The notes under the pieces were generated by a model. It did no database searches and was not told the origin of the DNA. It saw nothing but the letters and a program-made list of their open reading frames with translations. A stretch of DNA of 63,661 nucleotides, the filler included, from Neolecta irregularis DAH-3 (lineage: Eukaryota): the NCBI GenBank assembly GCA_001929475.1. It is 6 parts of 6 records of this genome, joined end to end, with 100 filler letters (N's around TTAATTAATTAA, not from the genome) between each part and the next. Parts side by side here need not be neighbours in the genome. Positions count along the whole stretch, not along the records: positions 1 to 19,523 come from LXFE01000497.1; positions 19,624 to 37,603 come from LXFE01003971.1; 4 more parts are not named here. One strand, written 5' to 3'. A program made the translations under genes and the position numbers. Shown here in pieces: positions 13,836 to 25,639 of this stretch. Numbering within the stretch: the first letter of the stretch is position 1; every line of letters starts with the position of its first letter.

Positions 13836-14771
13836 TCAATAAAACATCAAATTGCCCCCACAATTTCCGCATACAACGTTCAACTTGACTTGATTGCATA
13901 CAGAGTCAATGCTCTTTGTGTAGATATTGCTCCCATTACCAGCAGAACATTCGTAGAATGTAGATTCTCCTTTAACTGCCAAAAGAGCATCTGATGTGAC
14001 GTTGAAAGGAACAGTGATAGCTCCTGTAGTCGGAAGAATTGATTCACATTGTAATTGAGAATCTGTTGAAATATAGCAAGTTCGATTGTCCTGGTCTGTC
14101 AGACCCCCGCTCGAGGTCAATGAGAGCGTGAGACAACCTCGACCGGATCGAACCTGGCCGTCGGCCAGTTGACCGAGGAAACCGAGCTTGCCAACTGAGA
14201 TAGAAAATTTGCCACTAGAAACACAACTAGGTTGAACTTCAGTGGTTACAGAGACTGTAGCTGTCACAGTTTGTATAGAAGTTGTAGTTTGTGTAACAGT
14301 TACTGGAATGCAAGTTGGCGGAGGGGGACACTGCATGACAAGTTGAAGAGTAGTCATTTGGCATTGCTCACCGATACTTTGAGTGTAAATGTTTGATGAA
14401 CCGTCTCCATTATCACAAGAGTAGAAATCAGGCGAGCCAGCCCAGGTAAGTGTTCCATTGGATGTACAAAACTGGGCCATCTGGGCTCCAATGATGGGTG
14501 GATTGCTGCATTGAACCTGATGTTCTTGCGTGATATAGCAAGAACGACCATCTTGGTCCATGGTATTTCCCCCTGTGAGTCTCAACTGTAGAGGGACATC
14601 GAACGGTTTGTTAAGTCTAATTTGGCCATCATTGAGTTGGCCAACATTGCTGAATGTAAACGGGCATTCCTCTGTACACTGTGCATAAGGTTCCAGAGTA
14701 TCTTGTGGACTTGGAACAGATAATGACACTTGTGCGAGACAAACTGCGATAGGAAGAATAGTCTTGAACAT
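13836..14771 (-). CDS. Secreted PIR-type cell-wall protein with two tandem PIR repeat + Cys-domain modules
   Basis: Signal peptide MFKTILPIAVCLAQVSLS; GQLNDGQIR and GQLADGQVR; each followed by DQDxRxCYI..FYxC..NIYTxSI..C; Thr/Pro-rich linker. Confidence 0.75.
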   Translation of the reverse strand: MFKTILPIAVCLAQVSLSVPSPQDTLEPYAQCTEECPFTFSNVGQLNDGQIRLNKPFDVPLQLRLTGGNTMDQDGRSCYITQEHQVQCSNPPIIGAQMAQFCTSNGTLTWAGSPDFYSCDNGDGSSNIYTQSIGEQCQMTTLQLVMQCPPPPTCIPVTVTQTTTSIQTVTATVSVTTEVQPSCVSSGKFSISVGKLGFLGQLADGQVRSGRGCLTLSLTSSGGLTDQDNRTCYISTDSQLQCESILPTTGAITVPFNVTSDALLAVKGESTFYECSAGNGSNIYTKSIDSVCNQVKLNVVCGNCGGNLMFY

Positions 14772-15459
14772 GACGAAGGTTGTCAAGAAGAGAGGAGATT
14801 AGAGAGCTTTTATAGCCACGGTCGCGGAAATAAATTTATGCACTAAATGCTTGTGAAACATGAGAAGCGCCTGGAGCTGCTGTCGATTGAGAATGACGTA
14901 GATAGATCGTGCATATCGCGCTATGTCATTTTCATTCCAAGTCGAGACTCGTAAGGCACAAAGGAACTGTGACTATTCACTGAATGAAGGCAGAGAGTTT
15001 GTGGCAACGCTGCCGAATTTATCCATCCCTCATTTTAACCCCCGTCAAAATATCATCTGAAGACGCTACTAATATTCCAGCTCGGATGTGAGGAAACATA
15101 TCATGACTTATCCATTGTCGTCAAGCCCTGTATGACGAACGGTATATGTCAAAAGTCCTCTACGTTCCTGGAAAATTTCCTGAATCACTAACCTATATGA
15201 GTATCTGACAAAACTTCGTCTTAGTTGCTTATTGAACCATGTCCAGTATGCTTCACTGATCGAGAAAATAGATACGATATGAGGAAGTGTGCAGCAACAT
15301 CGATTTTCAAATATGTATGGCATATATGCAGATTTTATAGGCTGCAGGTCAAGAAAATAATACTGTCTCGTGAGCTTTGACGAGTAAAGAGACTTATTTT
15401 GCTGGAGTTGCAAGTTATGGGATTTTAGAACTTCAGTGGTCATAACTGTGGGTACTACC

Positions 15460-15632
15460 AAGTCCCGCCACCTCCACACGACGGTACAGGCAGGACCCGG
15501 CCTGGAGGGCGCAACCAACCAATGGGATTCATCCAACTTGGGAGAGCGGACCTGGATGTGGACGGCGGTTAAAATCCATACACCCACCTGCCCGCCGGAG
15601 CGTTGCCGGCGGGCGGGCGGGTGGACACACTG
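15460..15632 (-). mobile_element. GC-rich DNA-transposon (hAT-like) terminal relic ending GGACACACTG
   Basis: Reverse complement matches 18712 onward at 42 of the first 50 nt; inner boundary approximate. Confidence 0.55.
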
Positions 15633-16853
15633 TTCACAATACCGTCTGTGACTCAGAGCATACAATTTCATGTCTTCAATTGAAACTCGTTCCCTACCAG
15701 TGAGATTTGACTACGGCCTTGAGCAGATCGACATCTTCACTCAATATATATCTTTATTGTTTGAAGGTAGGGTCTTTTTCTCAATTCTTTCTAGACTGAT
15801 TGTGATGAGATCTGATTAAGCCACATTACGTCATTTCAAGGAACTTCCCTGTGCCTTCCTGACATACACGGGACTTATCGGTCGCCTGAACTGAGGCATG
15901 ACAAAGGATAGGTGACATCGTTTGTAGCCTTTTTAATTTGAACACGATGATGTATGTCGAGAGAAAGGATGAGATTTAGCTCGAATAGCTCGAATTTACT
16001 CCCAATCGAAGCGGAAACTACGAAATTATTGGAAGGCAATGATGACAAAATATGGGAATGTTACACCATACGTAAGTGATTGGTTAAGACATTCATGGTA
16101 AATGGACGCCGCCAAGTCACACGAAGTATCACGATGAACTTCCAGCTTGAAATCTATGCCACAAAGATTCGTAGGTTTACCGATTACTCTGATACAATCA
16201 TTTTTGTAAGTGTCCAAACTTGATGGTCTTATTCGACATGTGACAACTAAAGAATTGTTCCTCACTGTCGCAGGTCACTCAGACTTAGACAATTGAAACC
16301 CTCACGAGTAGCTGTACAACATCTGGCAGCCCTCAATAAGCACATGAAAAGAGTTCGTCAGAATATTCTTACGACAGTCCCAGACGATTCTCGCCATTCT
16401 ACGGCATAGCCTACAGATTGCTTTACCGGCACTCTCCACAAATATACTATGTTTATGATCATGACATTATCCCTGGTACTTTATGGGGAAAACTGAAATG
16501 AAAGAACCACATAGCGGAAATATGAGACGCAGTACTAGGGATATAAAAATGTGGCAGATTGCAAAACAAGGTTTTAAATTATGCAGCTCGCTTAATTGCC
16601 AAAATTCGAATAAGTTACTCATAGCTAGTCGACTACTAGGATCATGCGCAGTAACACAATTAAAGTTGACTCCTGCTATTCATTTGTGAGACAACCGTCA
16701 TTTTTGTGCTTCTCAAGCGTCATGGAACCAGGTCCTCAGAATCTAGTTCACGGATCCTGCTCTTCAATTGCTCTATATAAGACCCACGGTTGCCCGGCTT
16801 GACTGGTCATCGAGCACTTGCACAATCTAGTCGCCTCCCAACAAATTCACACA

Positions 16854-18375
16854 ATGAAGTCGATTGCATATTTTGTCAACTGGTGTTAAAACTTCAGCGG
16901 CAGGTCTGACTATTTTAGGGCCATCTATGATCGAAACTATCAACCTGCAGATATCCCTGTTTCATACCTCAACTATCTGTTGTATGCCTTCGCTGATATT
17001 GACGTTAACACCGGTAATCTTGTCATGCAAGATCCGTATGCAGATATAGAAAAGGTCTTCCATCAGTCTGAGTATATGTTGACTCATTTCATAGCATTAT
17101 CCGGAGGATTCCTGGAATGAACCTGGCAATAATGCTTATGGATGTGTGAAGCAAATCTACAAGCTCAAGAGAGCAAACCGGAACTTGAAAGTGCTTCTCT
17201 CAATCGGAGGGTGGACCTATGCTCACGAGCAAAAACATTTCGACTTCGCCAGTGATCCGGAAAAGCGAAAGAATTTTGTTTCATCCTCTATTGAGTTAAT
17301 GAAAAACTATGCTTGGGATGGTCTTGACAGTTGGACTCCACTTTTGTTAACTCGCTCACCTTCAAGTTGACTGGGAATACCCAGCGAATGACGACGAAGC
17401 TGGATATCTTGTCTCTCTTCTTAAAGAAACACGAGAAGGTCTCGATCAATACGCAGAGGAGCGCGGGTTACCCAAGGAGAAATTTTACCTCACTGTGGCT
17501 GCTCCTGCTGGATTGCAAAATGTCAGCATTCTTCACATCAAGGAAATGGATGCGTACCTTTCGTGGTGGAATATTATGTGGTATATTCGATCTACCGTTG
17601 CATTGTGAAACCTTACTGTTTAGCTACGATTACTCTGGCAGCTGGAGCAAAGTCGCGGACCATTCTTCCAATGTCTACGGGGGAGAGACAAACACTGATC
17701 AAGCAATGATGGCATATTTAAATGGTTGTGTTGCAGCAGATAAACTCATACTCGGTAAATCTAGTGTGTGAACTCAGAACCTTTTGACGGATAGGATGTC
17801 CTCTCTACGGTCGAGCTTTTGAAGACACTAATGGACCTGGATTTCCTTTCAACGGAGTTGGACCAGGGGAATGGGAAGCTGGTGTTTGGGACTATAAAAA
17901 GTTGCCATTGTCGGGAGCGGTAGAGTCTTTTGGTACATTGTTTCGACGAAAAGCTTTGCTAACTTCATAAGATGATGAAGCTATTGCTGCATGGTCTTAC
18001 GACGACAAGAAGCGAGAGATGATGTTTGTACTGGATACTTACCTTGCTAACTCTATTAGTTCTTACGATACTCCAGAGAGCGTTGTTGCTAAAGTTGTAA
18101 GCTTCTCAATGATTCTGACAGAATTAATGAGCAGGGATATATCAAGAAGGAGTCTCTCGGGGGAATCATGTGGTGGGAAACCTCTGGGTATCGGCATTAC
18201 CATCCTGTTGAACCTGATGGATAGTGATAACCCAGTCAGTAACCAGCGATCTTTGATCAGAACCGCAGTTGATGAGTTGGGTGGCAAAGAAGAGTTGGAG
18301 TTTGAGGAGAATACTATCGATTACCCAGACTCTATCTACGACAATATCAAAAATGGATTGCAGTACACTAACTGA
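16854..18375 (+). CDS. GH18 chitinase without signal peptide (about 9 introns)
   Basis: [19 protein letters not shown], spliced DGLD(I)DWEYP catalytic motif, YDYSGSW, PLYGR, GIMWWE; TATATAA near 16774. Confidence 0.93.
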
Positions 18376-18474
18376 TCAAACATCCATGTCAAATAGTGAA
18401 AGTATCATATAGCTTCAACTAAATATCATTTTACCTTTGTGGCTACTATGCATTTAATTTTCATGGAGACAAGA

Positions 18475-18674
18475 TGTAAGTGATCGCCGGAAGTACAATA
18501 AGACTCGGTTTTATATTCTAAAGTGCGGGAACTTCTAATATACAGAGAGTATACCTAACCTAAGTGCGGGAACTTGGTTTGGTATGCGTAATCATGCAGG
18601 CTAAATTACTCCAATATTGACTGTCCACAATACTGATAACATCTCCACATGTGGCAAGGACTAATGTCCTTACA
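18475..18674 (-). mobile_element. Solo LTR (200 bp) with perfect 5-bp TSD CAAGA
   Basis: TGTAAG...CTTACA termini; CAAGA at 18470-18474 and 18675-18679; homologous to 19165-19276 in inverted orientation. Confidence 0.85.
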
Positions 18675-18711
18675 CAAGAAAAGCTGTTGCTTCAAGGTTT
18701 ATGGATACAGA

Positions 18712-18865
18712 CAGTGTGTCCAACTGCCCGCCCGCTGGAAAGGCTCCGCCTGGCGGGTGGGCGGGCCGCCGGCAGATGGATTTTTATGCCTCCCGCCCTC
18801 ACCCAGAGATCTGAACCACCCACCTGGAGAGTGCTCTGGCAGGCTGTTAGGTTGTATGGCCGTTT
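18712..18865 (+). mobile_element. GC-rich DNA-transposon (hAT-like) terminal relic starting CAGTGTGTCC
   Basis: Homologous to reverse complement of about 15570-15632; internal CCCGCC/GGCGGG hairpin; inner boundary approximate. Confidence 0.55.
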
Positions 18866-19041
18866 GGCAGTTTCTTCCATGTGATGCTTCTTCAAAGGTC
18901 CCACTTTGACTTTCTTGTATTGAATTTGTTGGCAGACCATTAGTTTCATCTTTAAATTCAGATCCCGATAGTGCTTGTTTCGTTTGAATCCGTTGGTTGG
19001 TTGTTCAACTGTGAATCGATTGCAATTTGCTCAGTTATTTT

Positions 19042-19276
19042 CGTAAGATTTGTCACCGGTCACATGACAAATTAATCAGGATGATTCGAGGTGAACTTTG
19101 TGAGTATGTGCAGCATACTTCACCAATGAAAGAAATGGTCATTTGAGGAGCTATATAACATAGAGGGATTACGTGTACCTAACCAAGTTCGCTTACCTTG
19201 GCTAGGTATACTCATCGCTCACTTGCCTTGGTTAGAATATACCCGGTCTTATTCGTACTTCATGCGATCACTTACA
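19042..19276 (+). mobile_element. Solo LTR, same family (5' end uncertain)
   Basis: Ends GTCTTATTCGTACTT...GATCACTTACA, shared with the 18475 and 61517 copies; internal TATATAA. Confidence 0.7.
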
Positions 19277-19458
19277 CAACCATCTCTACTATCATCACAT
19301 CAATAAGCTTCAAAAGTCGCACTTTCAGCCTCAGAGAATAAATTTGCTGGGCAAAGTCCAATTGAAATGCCACAATTCCATCTGAAAACCAGATGTTCCG
19401 AGCTAAAATGCGATGGTCTCTATCTCACTGGAAATTATTTAAATCCTGTCACTAATAT

Positions 19459-19523
19459 TGTAAGGATATACGCTCGAGTATATCCTTACCAAAGACGGAA
19501 ATGACGGAAGCGGTAGGGCAGCT
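19459..19523 (+). mobile_element. LTR 5' end truncated by assembly gap
   Basis: TGTAAGGATATAC-gctcga-GTATATCCTTAC hairpin start, closely matching 61517. Confidence 0.7.
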
Positions 19524-19623
19524 NNNNNNNNNNNNNNNNNNNNNNNNNNNNNNNNNNNNNNNNNNNNTTAATTAATTAANNNNNNNNNNNNNNNNNNNNN
19601 NNNNNNNNNNNNNNNNNNNNNNN
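19524..19623. other. Artificial contig spacer
   Basis: 100 nt N run containing TTAATTAATTAA (stops in all six frames). Confidence 0.97.
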
Positions 19624-19672
19624 ACTCGTCTCTGGTGTTCACTCGCTCTCACTGATACTCGCCCTCACCACC

Positions 19673-19790
19673 TGTTCTATCTCACTCGGTCACTTCTATC
19701 ACTCGGCCACTTCCATCACTCGGCACTCTATCACTCGACCACTTCCATCACTCGGGACTTCTATCACTCGGCCACTTTCACACTTCCATC
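19673..19790. repeat. Minisatellite, 16-17 bp unit CACTTCTATCACTCGG
   Basis: About 6 degenerate tandem copies. Confidence 0.85.
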
Positions 19791-19809
19791 TCACCCGCGT
19801 TCGATACCG

Positions 19810-20531
19810 ATGAATCGCGAAGGCACTGCCCTCACTGACGCCCTCCTCCCGCTGCTGCATGCCCTCCGGCAGCCTTCCCTCGCCTCTCTCCCCGCCCTCG
19901 CCACTGACCTCGCCGTCCAAGTCGCCCTCCCTCCCCACCGCGCCGCCGATCTCCTCACCGCCCACGCGGAACTCGTCCTCGCCCGCATCCACGCTGATCC
20001 CCTCCTCCATCCCTGCCAGCACTCCCCCTTCGCCACCAGTCTCCGCGCAATCGCTCCGCTCCCCCGCATTTCTGCAAAGGGCACCTCCACCCTCCGTCCC
20101 GCCCCGCTCCCATCCGCCCCTGCTCTCAAACGCGCCAGACAGCTATCAGAATCACCCCAACTCCGCAAGCGCCTCAGAGGTAACAGGCTCTACAATGACT
20201 CGCCCCTCAAAACAAACTATGCCGCCCTCAAACACGCCCCAAACATCTCCATCCTCAGGGCATCCTTTTTTTGTTGTATTCTCGGCTAATAACAAGATCC
20301 TGCCTTCCTCCCCTTGGTCCTGTCCCCTCTGCGCATACCAGCCAGATGACCCTTCTCTCATAGACCCGCACATAAAAGAACACGGCTCCCAGGTTCAAAA
20401 AGCGTTGGATCATATAGTCCACGCTGAAAACTCGCATTCCCACTCTTTTCCGTATGTTCCTACTTGATATTTGCTTACATAGAAATTTAATCGCTAAATT
20501 GCATGGAATGCAGAAAATGTGGTCGAATTAG
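19810..20531 (+). CDS. Zinc-finger protein, possibly the C-terminal part of a Raf2/DIM-7-like protein
   Basis: Spliced product has AHAELVL, KGTSTLRP, WSCPLC..HIKEH, NLIAKL; family resemblance from memory only. Confidence 0.45.
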
Positions 20532-20700
20532 AAATGGGGTTTTATTTATATATATATTTGTGTTATACCTATATTATGATGATTATTTATGATGGCTATT
20601 CACATGATGATGATTGATGTTTATTTATGATGACTGGTTGATTGTATTGATATAATATCAATATATCGTTCGTTATAAATAAGGACATATAATCGTTGTA

Positions 20701-21150
20701 TTATACCAAATCAACACCAATCCTCTCCATCAACAAACCAAATTGCTCAACAGTAACCAAATTTTCCCCTCCAGATGCCTCCTGCAACATCTCTATTAAC
20801 TCAGCATCACTAGATGAGTCATTAATCATTTGTCGCGCTTGTTTTAAATCCGGAAGTGTTATTGCGCCTTTTTGAGTCATGTCGAATAGAGAAAATGATT
20901 TTAATATGCGTGAGTGTGAGCTGGATAGAGTTGGTGATTTTGATGTATTTCGCTCATTTGAAGAATTTCGAGGTTGTTTGGATTTATTTCGCCGATTTGA
21001 CGCACTTGATTCCGATTTAGTTGATGTACTTTGTCCATGTGAGGTACTTTGATGCCGACTTGATTCATTTGATGCATTTCGTGGTGATTCGCTGTCACTG
21101 GGAATAGAACGAGTAATCTCCCTTTTTCTCTTTCGGGTTTTCACAGCCAT
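20701..21150 (-). CDS. EF-hand (centrin/calmodulin-like) protein with basic Ser-rich N-terminus
   Basis: FSLFDMTQKGAITLPDL..ELIEMLQEA..VTVEQF. Confidence 0.7.
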   Translation of the reverse strand: MAVKTRKRKREITRSIPSDSESPRNASNESSRHQSTSHGQSTSTKSESSASNRRNKSKQPRNSSNERNTSKSPTLSSSHSRILKSFSLFDMTQKGAITLPDLKQARQMINDSSSDAELIEMLQEASGGENLVTVEQFGLLMERIGVDLV

Positions 21151-21223
21151 CTTTCTGTTATCGGAAGGCGGCTGGCTGTTCTTACGCCGAAAGGAAGTTG
21201 GTTGAGTCCAAACCCGGAACTTT

Positions 21224-21234
21224 TAACCCTAACC
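21224..21234. promoter_or_regulatory. Telobox-like motif TAACCCTAACC in a divergent promoter
   Basis: About two telomeric CCCTAA units between the EF-hand gene and the kinase gene. Confidence 0.35.
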
Positions 21235-21507
21235 TCAAACGACCAACCGCCTGCTACCAACCACCAACCGTCTACTACCAACCACCAACTTTTCTCTATT
21301 TCAACTTTGTATCCCATTAAAATATCTCACAAGATCAAGGCTTACGCCATCATTTCAAATGTCTCGGAAATTTACTTGCAATTTCGAAATGAAACCGGCA
21401 AGTTCAGCCATCATGTCTCACTTCCTTTTTGGGATTCTGCAATAGGACCCCTCTGAAGCCTCTTTTAAATGACTGATCCTGGTTGCCCTCTCCCCATTAC
21501 TTCGTCC

Positions 21508-22585
21508 ATGTGCTACCGCCTTCTACATGCCCTTCTCATTCTCTTTGCTTTTTCTGCATCCGTACAGTCCAGTGCCCTCGGCAAACAGGTCTTTGTGACA
21601 GATGAGCCTGAAAGCCAAGCTGTGCTCGGGTTCTACAACATTACTATGGACACAGAACATAACCTGGGCGAACGTTTCAAGTTTATAAAATACCTCAATA
21701 GAGGAGCAGAAGCATCTGCCTCCCTATATATGGATAATGTCGCAAAGTCCAAAGTAGTCATCAAGTTGATGAGCACCAAAAATCAAGACGTATGGACAAC
21801 CGACGGAAAACCAATGGAAATCCTCGTAGCCAGACATTTCCAACACCCAGGTTTGATCAAAATCCAAGAGACTTTCTTCGTCGAAAATAAAGGCTACTGG
21901 GGCTTGGTTATACCTTGGATGGAATTTGGCGCTCTCTCATCTTTTTCAACATTGATTCATTTGCTCGAAATACCTCCGAGCGATGTCGACCGCTTCTTTA
22001 GAGCTCGCTTTAGAAATGCCCTACAAGGTATCCTTTCCCTTTTATATATCTCACCAACGTCAGGTCTTGCTTTTTTGCATAGTAAAGTCAAATTTTGCCA
22101 CAATGATGTAAAAGGATCAAATATCCTCGTTAGTGGCGATTTAGAATTCGATCTTGCAGATTATGGTCGTTCGATTCCTATTGACAGTATGTTTTGGGAC
22201 AGTATGTGCTTCTGCTTGTCGTTGGCATTAATTATTAGGATTCCCCATGGACTGCAAAGTCAGTGATGCAAAAAGCATGATTAGGGCATATTTGATCTTG
22301 CTTGGCTTTGGCACAACACTAGATCTCTTTGACGACGATTCGCATGAATATTCAGAGATAATAAATATGTACTGGGATCTCAAAGGTTCGAGTCTCAAAA
22401 CAATTCTCGCACATCCGTTTTGGAAAAATGCACCGCCGGAGACGCATCCCCCGGAAGATTTTATCAAAGAGCTTTACCTTGGCCAGGCGCAGTTGAAGAA
22501 TGATAAAAGACTAAAAAGGCTTTGGAGTCCAGACTATGAAAGCGAAAGTTGTCTCGAACTTCATTGTGAAGAGAGTCAGGGTTAG
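21508..22585 (+). CDS. Divergent protein kinase with predicted signal peptide (2 introns; alternative ATG 21469)
   Basis: MCYRLLHALLILFAFSASVQS; RGAEASASLY, VVIK, HNDVKGSNILV, LADYG. Confidence 0.75.
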
Positions 22586-23247
22586 TTATTTTGTACTTTA
22601 TACATATACAGTGAACTGTCTTTACGTTGTATTTTAGGGCGCCTTTTGCAGCACCTTGAAACCGATTTCATGAAATGCGAAAATGTGAAATTTGAAATTT
22701 CTTTTTAAGAATTCCATTTGGTCCCATGCCAAATAATTATACCCTGGTGAGAGGATCTCAGAAACAGAGGATGCAGCGATAGGTCATCGTATTGCCCAAT
22801 AAACCGGTATCCGTCGCGTATGCAATTATGTGTCTCAGCTTGCTCATGCTTTATTAAGCCCTTGCAAGCGGTCTGGGTGATTGGGCAGGTGCGTATTCGC
22901 GTGCGATTACTGGGCTGACTCAGCTAGAAAAAGGTGTGGTCAGCGCGTGAGCTTGAATAGACTAACGAACGATAGTTAATGAACTCTTTGTGACGGAAAC
23001 TGTTGATGGAATAAGGTTGGGATGTATACTCTTCCCTTTGTATCCTCCTGTCGTTGGCCCATGCTGAATATACTGGAGAAATAACTGCCAAGTATTTCTG
23101 AACTTTTTAGAAACACTGCCTATAAATATCATTGATTGCGGAGCTCTCTGACAAAGGAACAATAAAGCATATTTTGGGTTTTATTAGTGTGAATATATTA
23201 TGATCATGTGAAATTCTGTCATCGTCGCCAACAACCACACAACGACG

Positions 23248-24077
23248 ATGGCTGCCGATTCGCGTAAATCAGAAAAAACAATATTCGATGGCAAATCCCT
23301 TCCTTTTCCACAACCTAAATGCTAGGACGGGAATATTACTACTCTGGAAGCGCCGTGCATGGAATGAATCCATCTGTAAGACTACCTTTCCCTAAATGTA
23401 TTAAACATCAGTATCTCATTGAAAAAATTATTCGAGAACGGATATTAGATACCAGGTATTACAAGGAACACTGTTTTGGACTCACAGGTTGAATCTTTTT
23501 TGTTCTGTTGTAGGATTAAATGGTAGCGGAAACTATACTTGACAAGGTTGTCAATTTAAAGTATATCGGTGGCCAGTACTCGAATCAAAAACCAACTGAA
23601 TTCCTTTGTCTTATATTCAAATTACTTCAAATTCATCCTGAAAAAGAAATCATTGAAGAATACCTCAAGGACCAAGATTTCAAGTATCATTATTATTCAT
23701 TTTTAAAAGTTTCTCACATATAGATATTTAAGATCCTTTGCTGCTTTTTATATTCGACTTACATTCCCCCCCGTAGAATGTTTCAAAATTCTGGAACCTC
23801 TCCTCGTGGATTACAGAAAATTAAAGGTCCGTGCAAATGGTACCTTTTCCCCCAAAAATCAACACAAGTACTTAGCAAAATAGATGGCTTTCAATTGACT
23901 TTTATGGACCAGTTTATCGATGATCTATTGACTCAGGAACGGGTTTGTGATATTGCGTTGCCTCGATTGCCATCACGATATCAACTTGAAGAAACTGAAG
24001 AAATTGAACCTCGTGAAAGTCCTTTGAAATCAGAGTTAAATTCGCAAGACGGTATGGAAAGCAGTGACGAAGATTAA
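23248..24077 (+). CDS. PRP38: Pre-mRNA splicing factor Prp38
   Basis: HGMNP, LIEKIIRERI..YYKEHCFGL, KPTEFLCLIFKLLQIHPEKEI, MDQFIDDLLTQERVCDIALPRL. Confidence 0.95.
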
Positions 24078-24125
24078 AATAATTTCCTATGTACAAATAA
24101 TTTTATTTCAACACGATTTCTTTTT

Positions 24126-24551
24126 CTATTTTTTGTCTCTGGGTTTCTTTGGTGTGGATTCCGTGGAGACATCCTTATCCGTTGATACCGACTTCTGATT
24201 TTTGAGATGTAGGGTACTTGGTTTCGGGGGTAATATGCCACACTATGAAATCAGTGAAAACGTTGTTGTGTTCCATCTTAAAACCCTCTCTAATAACATT
24301 CGCACTGGATCGGAGGGTTGTGCACCAACACCCAACCAGTACTTTATTCTCCCAGAATCAAAAGTGACGTCTTTGATCATCGATACTGATCCATTTGGTT
24401 CTTTGATTGCTTTTGGAATAGGGTTATACATCCCAACAGTTTCAATGGGTTGCTTTTGACGGGCCTTTCGGTTGTGAATAACAACTATACTGTACAGGGG
24501 TTTTTTCTTCGCTGCTAAAGGATGCGATGCTAGTCTGATACGAACGACCAT
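24126..24551 (-). CDS. MRPS16: Mitochondrial ribosomal protein bS16m
   Basis: MVVRIRLA..PLYSIVV..PIETVGMYNPIP..RIKYWLGVGAQPSDPV. Confidence 0.93.
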
Positions 24552-24644
24552 ACGTTCAAGGTGGAGGCGACTATGAATCTTTTTTCCCTGAAACCTCCAG
24601 ACATTCCCCATTTGCACGTCTATTTACACCTGTTTTTATTCTCC

Positions 24645-25546
24645 ATGACGGCGACAATTAAAATGCTCTCTGCGGCTGCAGCAAGCCAGTTGGACCGGGA
24701 TCTCATGAGTTTCGGCGCATTCTCAATTGACCAGCTTATGGAACTGGCTGGCTTATCTGTTGCTCAAGCACTTTATAAATTACAGCAGCCAGATCCAGAT
24801 CGCAAGACCAATATTGCTATTTTATGCGGAACAGGAAACAATGCTGGCGATGGGTTAGTAGCAGCGAGACATCTCTGGCACTTTGGATACAGCCTTGCAG
24901 TTTACTATCCCAAACCTAGCAAAAATGAACTTCTTCAAGCAAGATAGACCGGCCGAATATCACCGTCTGATAACTTAAGAGGCTCTGTACTCAACTCGAG
25001 GCGCTTGGTGTACCATTCAAAAACCAGTTGGCCGAGGTAATTGATCCGGCTAATTATATCATCGACGCACTGTTTGGTATCATTCATTTCCAAGCAATTG
25101 CGTTAATTTTAAATAGGCTTTAACTTTTCTGGACCAGTACGGGAACCATTTCCTTGTGTAATTGAGGCCATGGAGAAGACTCTAAAGCCTATTCTCTCAG
25201 GTAACACCCAAAGCACAATCAACTACTTAGATTATCAGTCGATGTTCCATCTTCGTGGGATGTAGATAACGGTCCACCAAATAAAGGCGTTGGAAAAGAT
25301 TTTTATCCAACGGCGCTAATATCTTTAACTGCTCCAAAACCGTGCTTCAAATTTCTGCCAAAGACGTCTCGCCACTTTCTAGGTGGGCGATTTGTTTCTC
25401 CGTTGGTTTGTTTTGCTTACTAGCATTGATTGGTTAGCGACATCTTGAAAAAATATGGTCTCGAGCTCCCCAAGTATCCCGGATACGAACAAGTCGTCGA
25501 GATCACAGGGTTGGAGCTCAATAACACAAGAGATGATGAAAATTAA
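24645..25546 (+). CDS. NNR1: NAD(P)H-hydrate epimerase (YjeF_N)
   Basis: [60 protein letters not shown]. Confidence 0.93.
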
Positions 25547-25639
25547 ATTTTCTTGACGTAATATTACATCTGATAATTCCCACGCATAATAAAATTATAG
25601 TGCAGAAAAGTGTAAGAAAGGGTCAGATTTGTCTTGACA

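Noticed and set aside
15108-16689. ORFs 15108-15671, 16026-16265 and 16483-16689
   Set aside because: The first runs through the transposon relic; none has a recognisable family or reliable start
19673-19790. Repeat array considered as CRISPR-like
   Set aside because: Head-to-tail units without unique spacers, no cas genes, eukaryotic context
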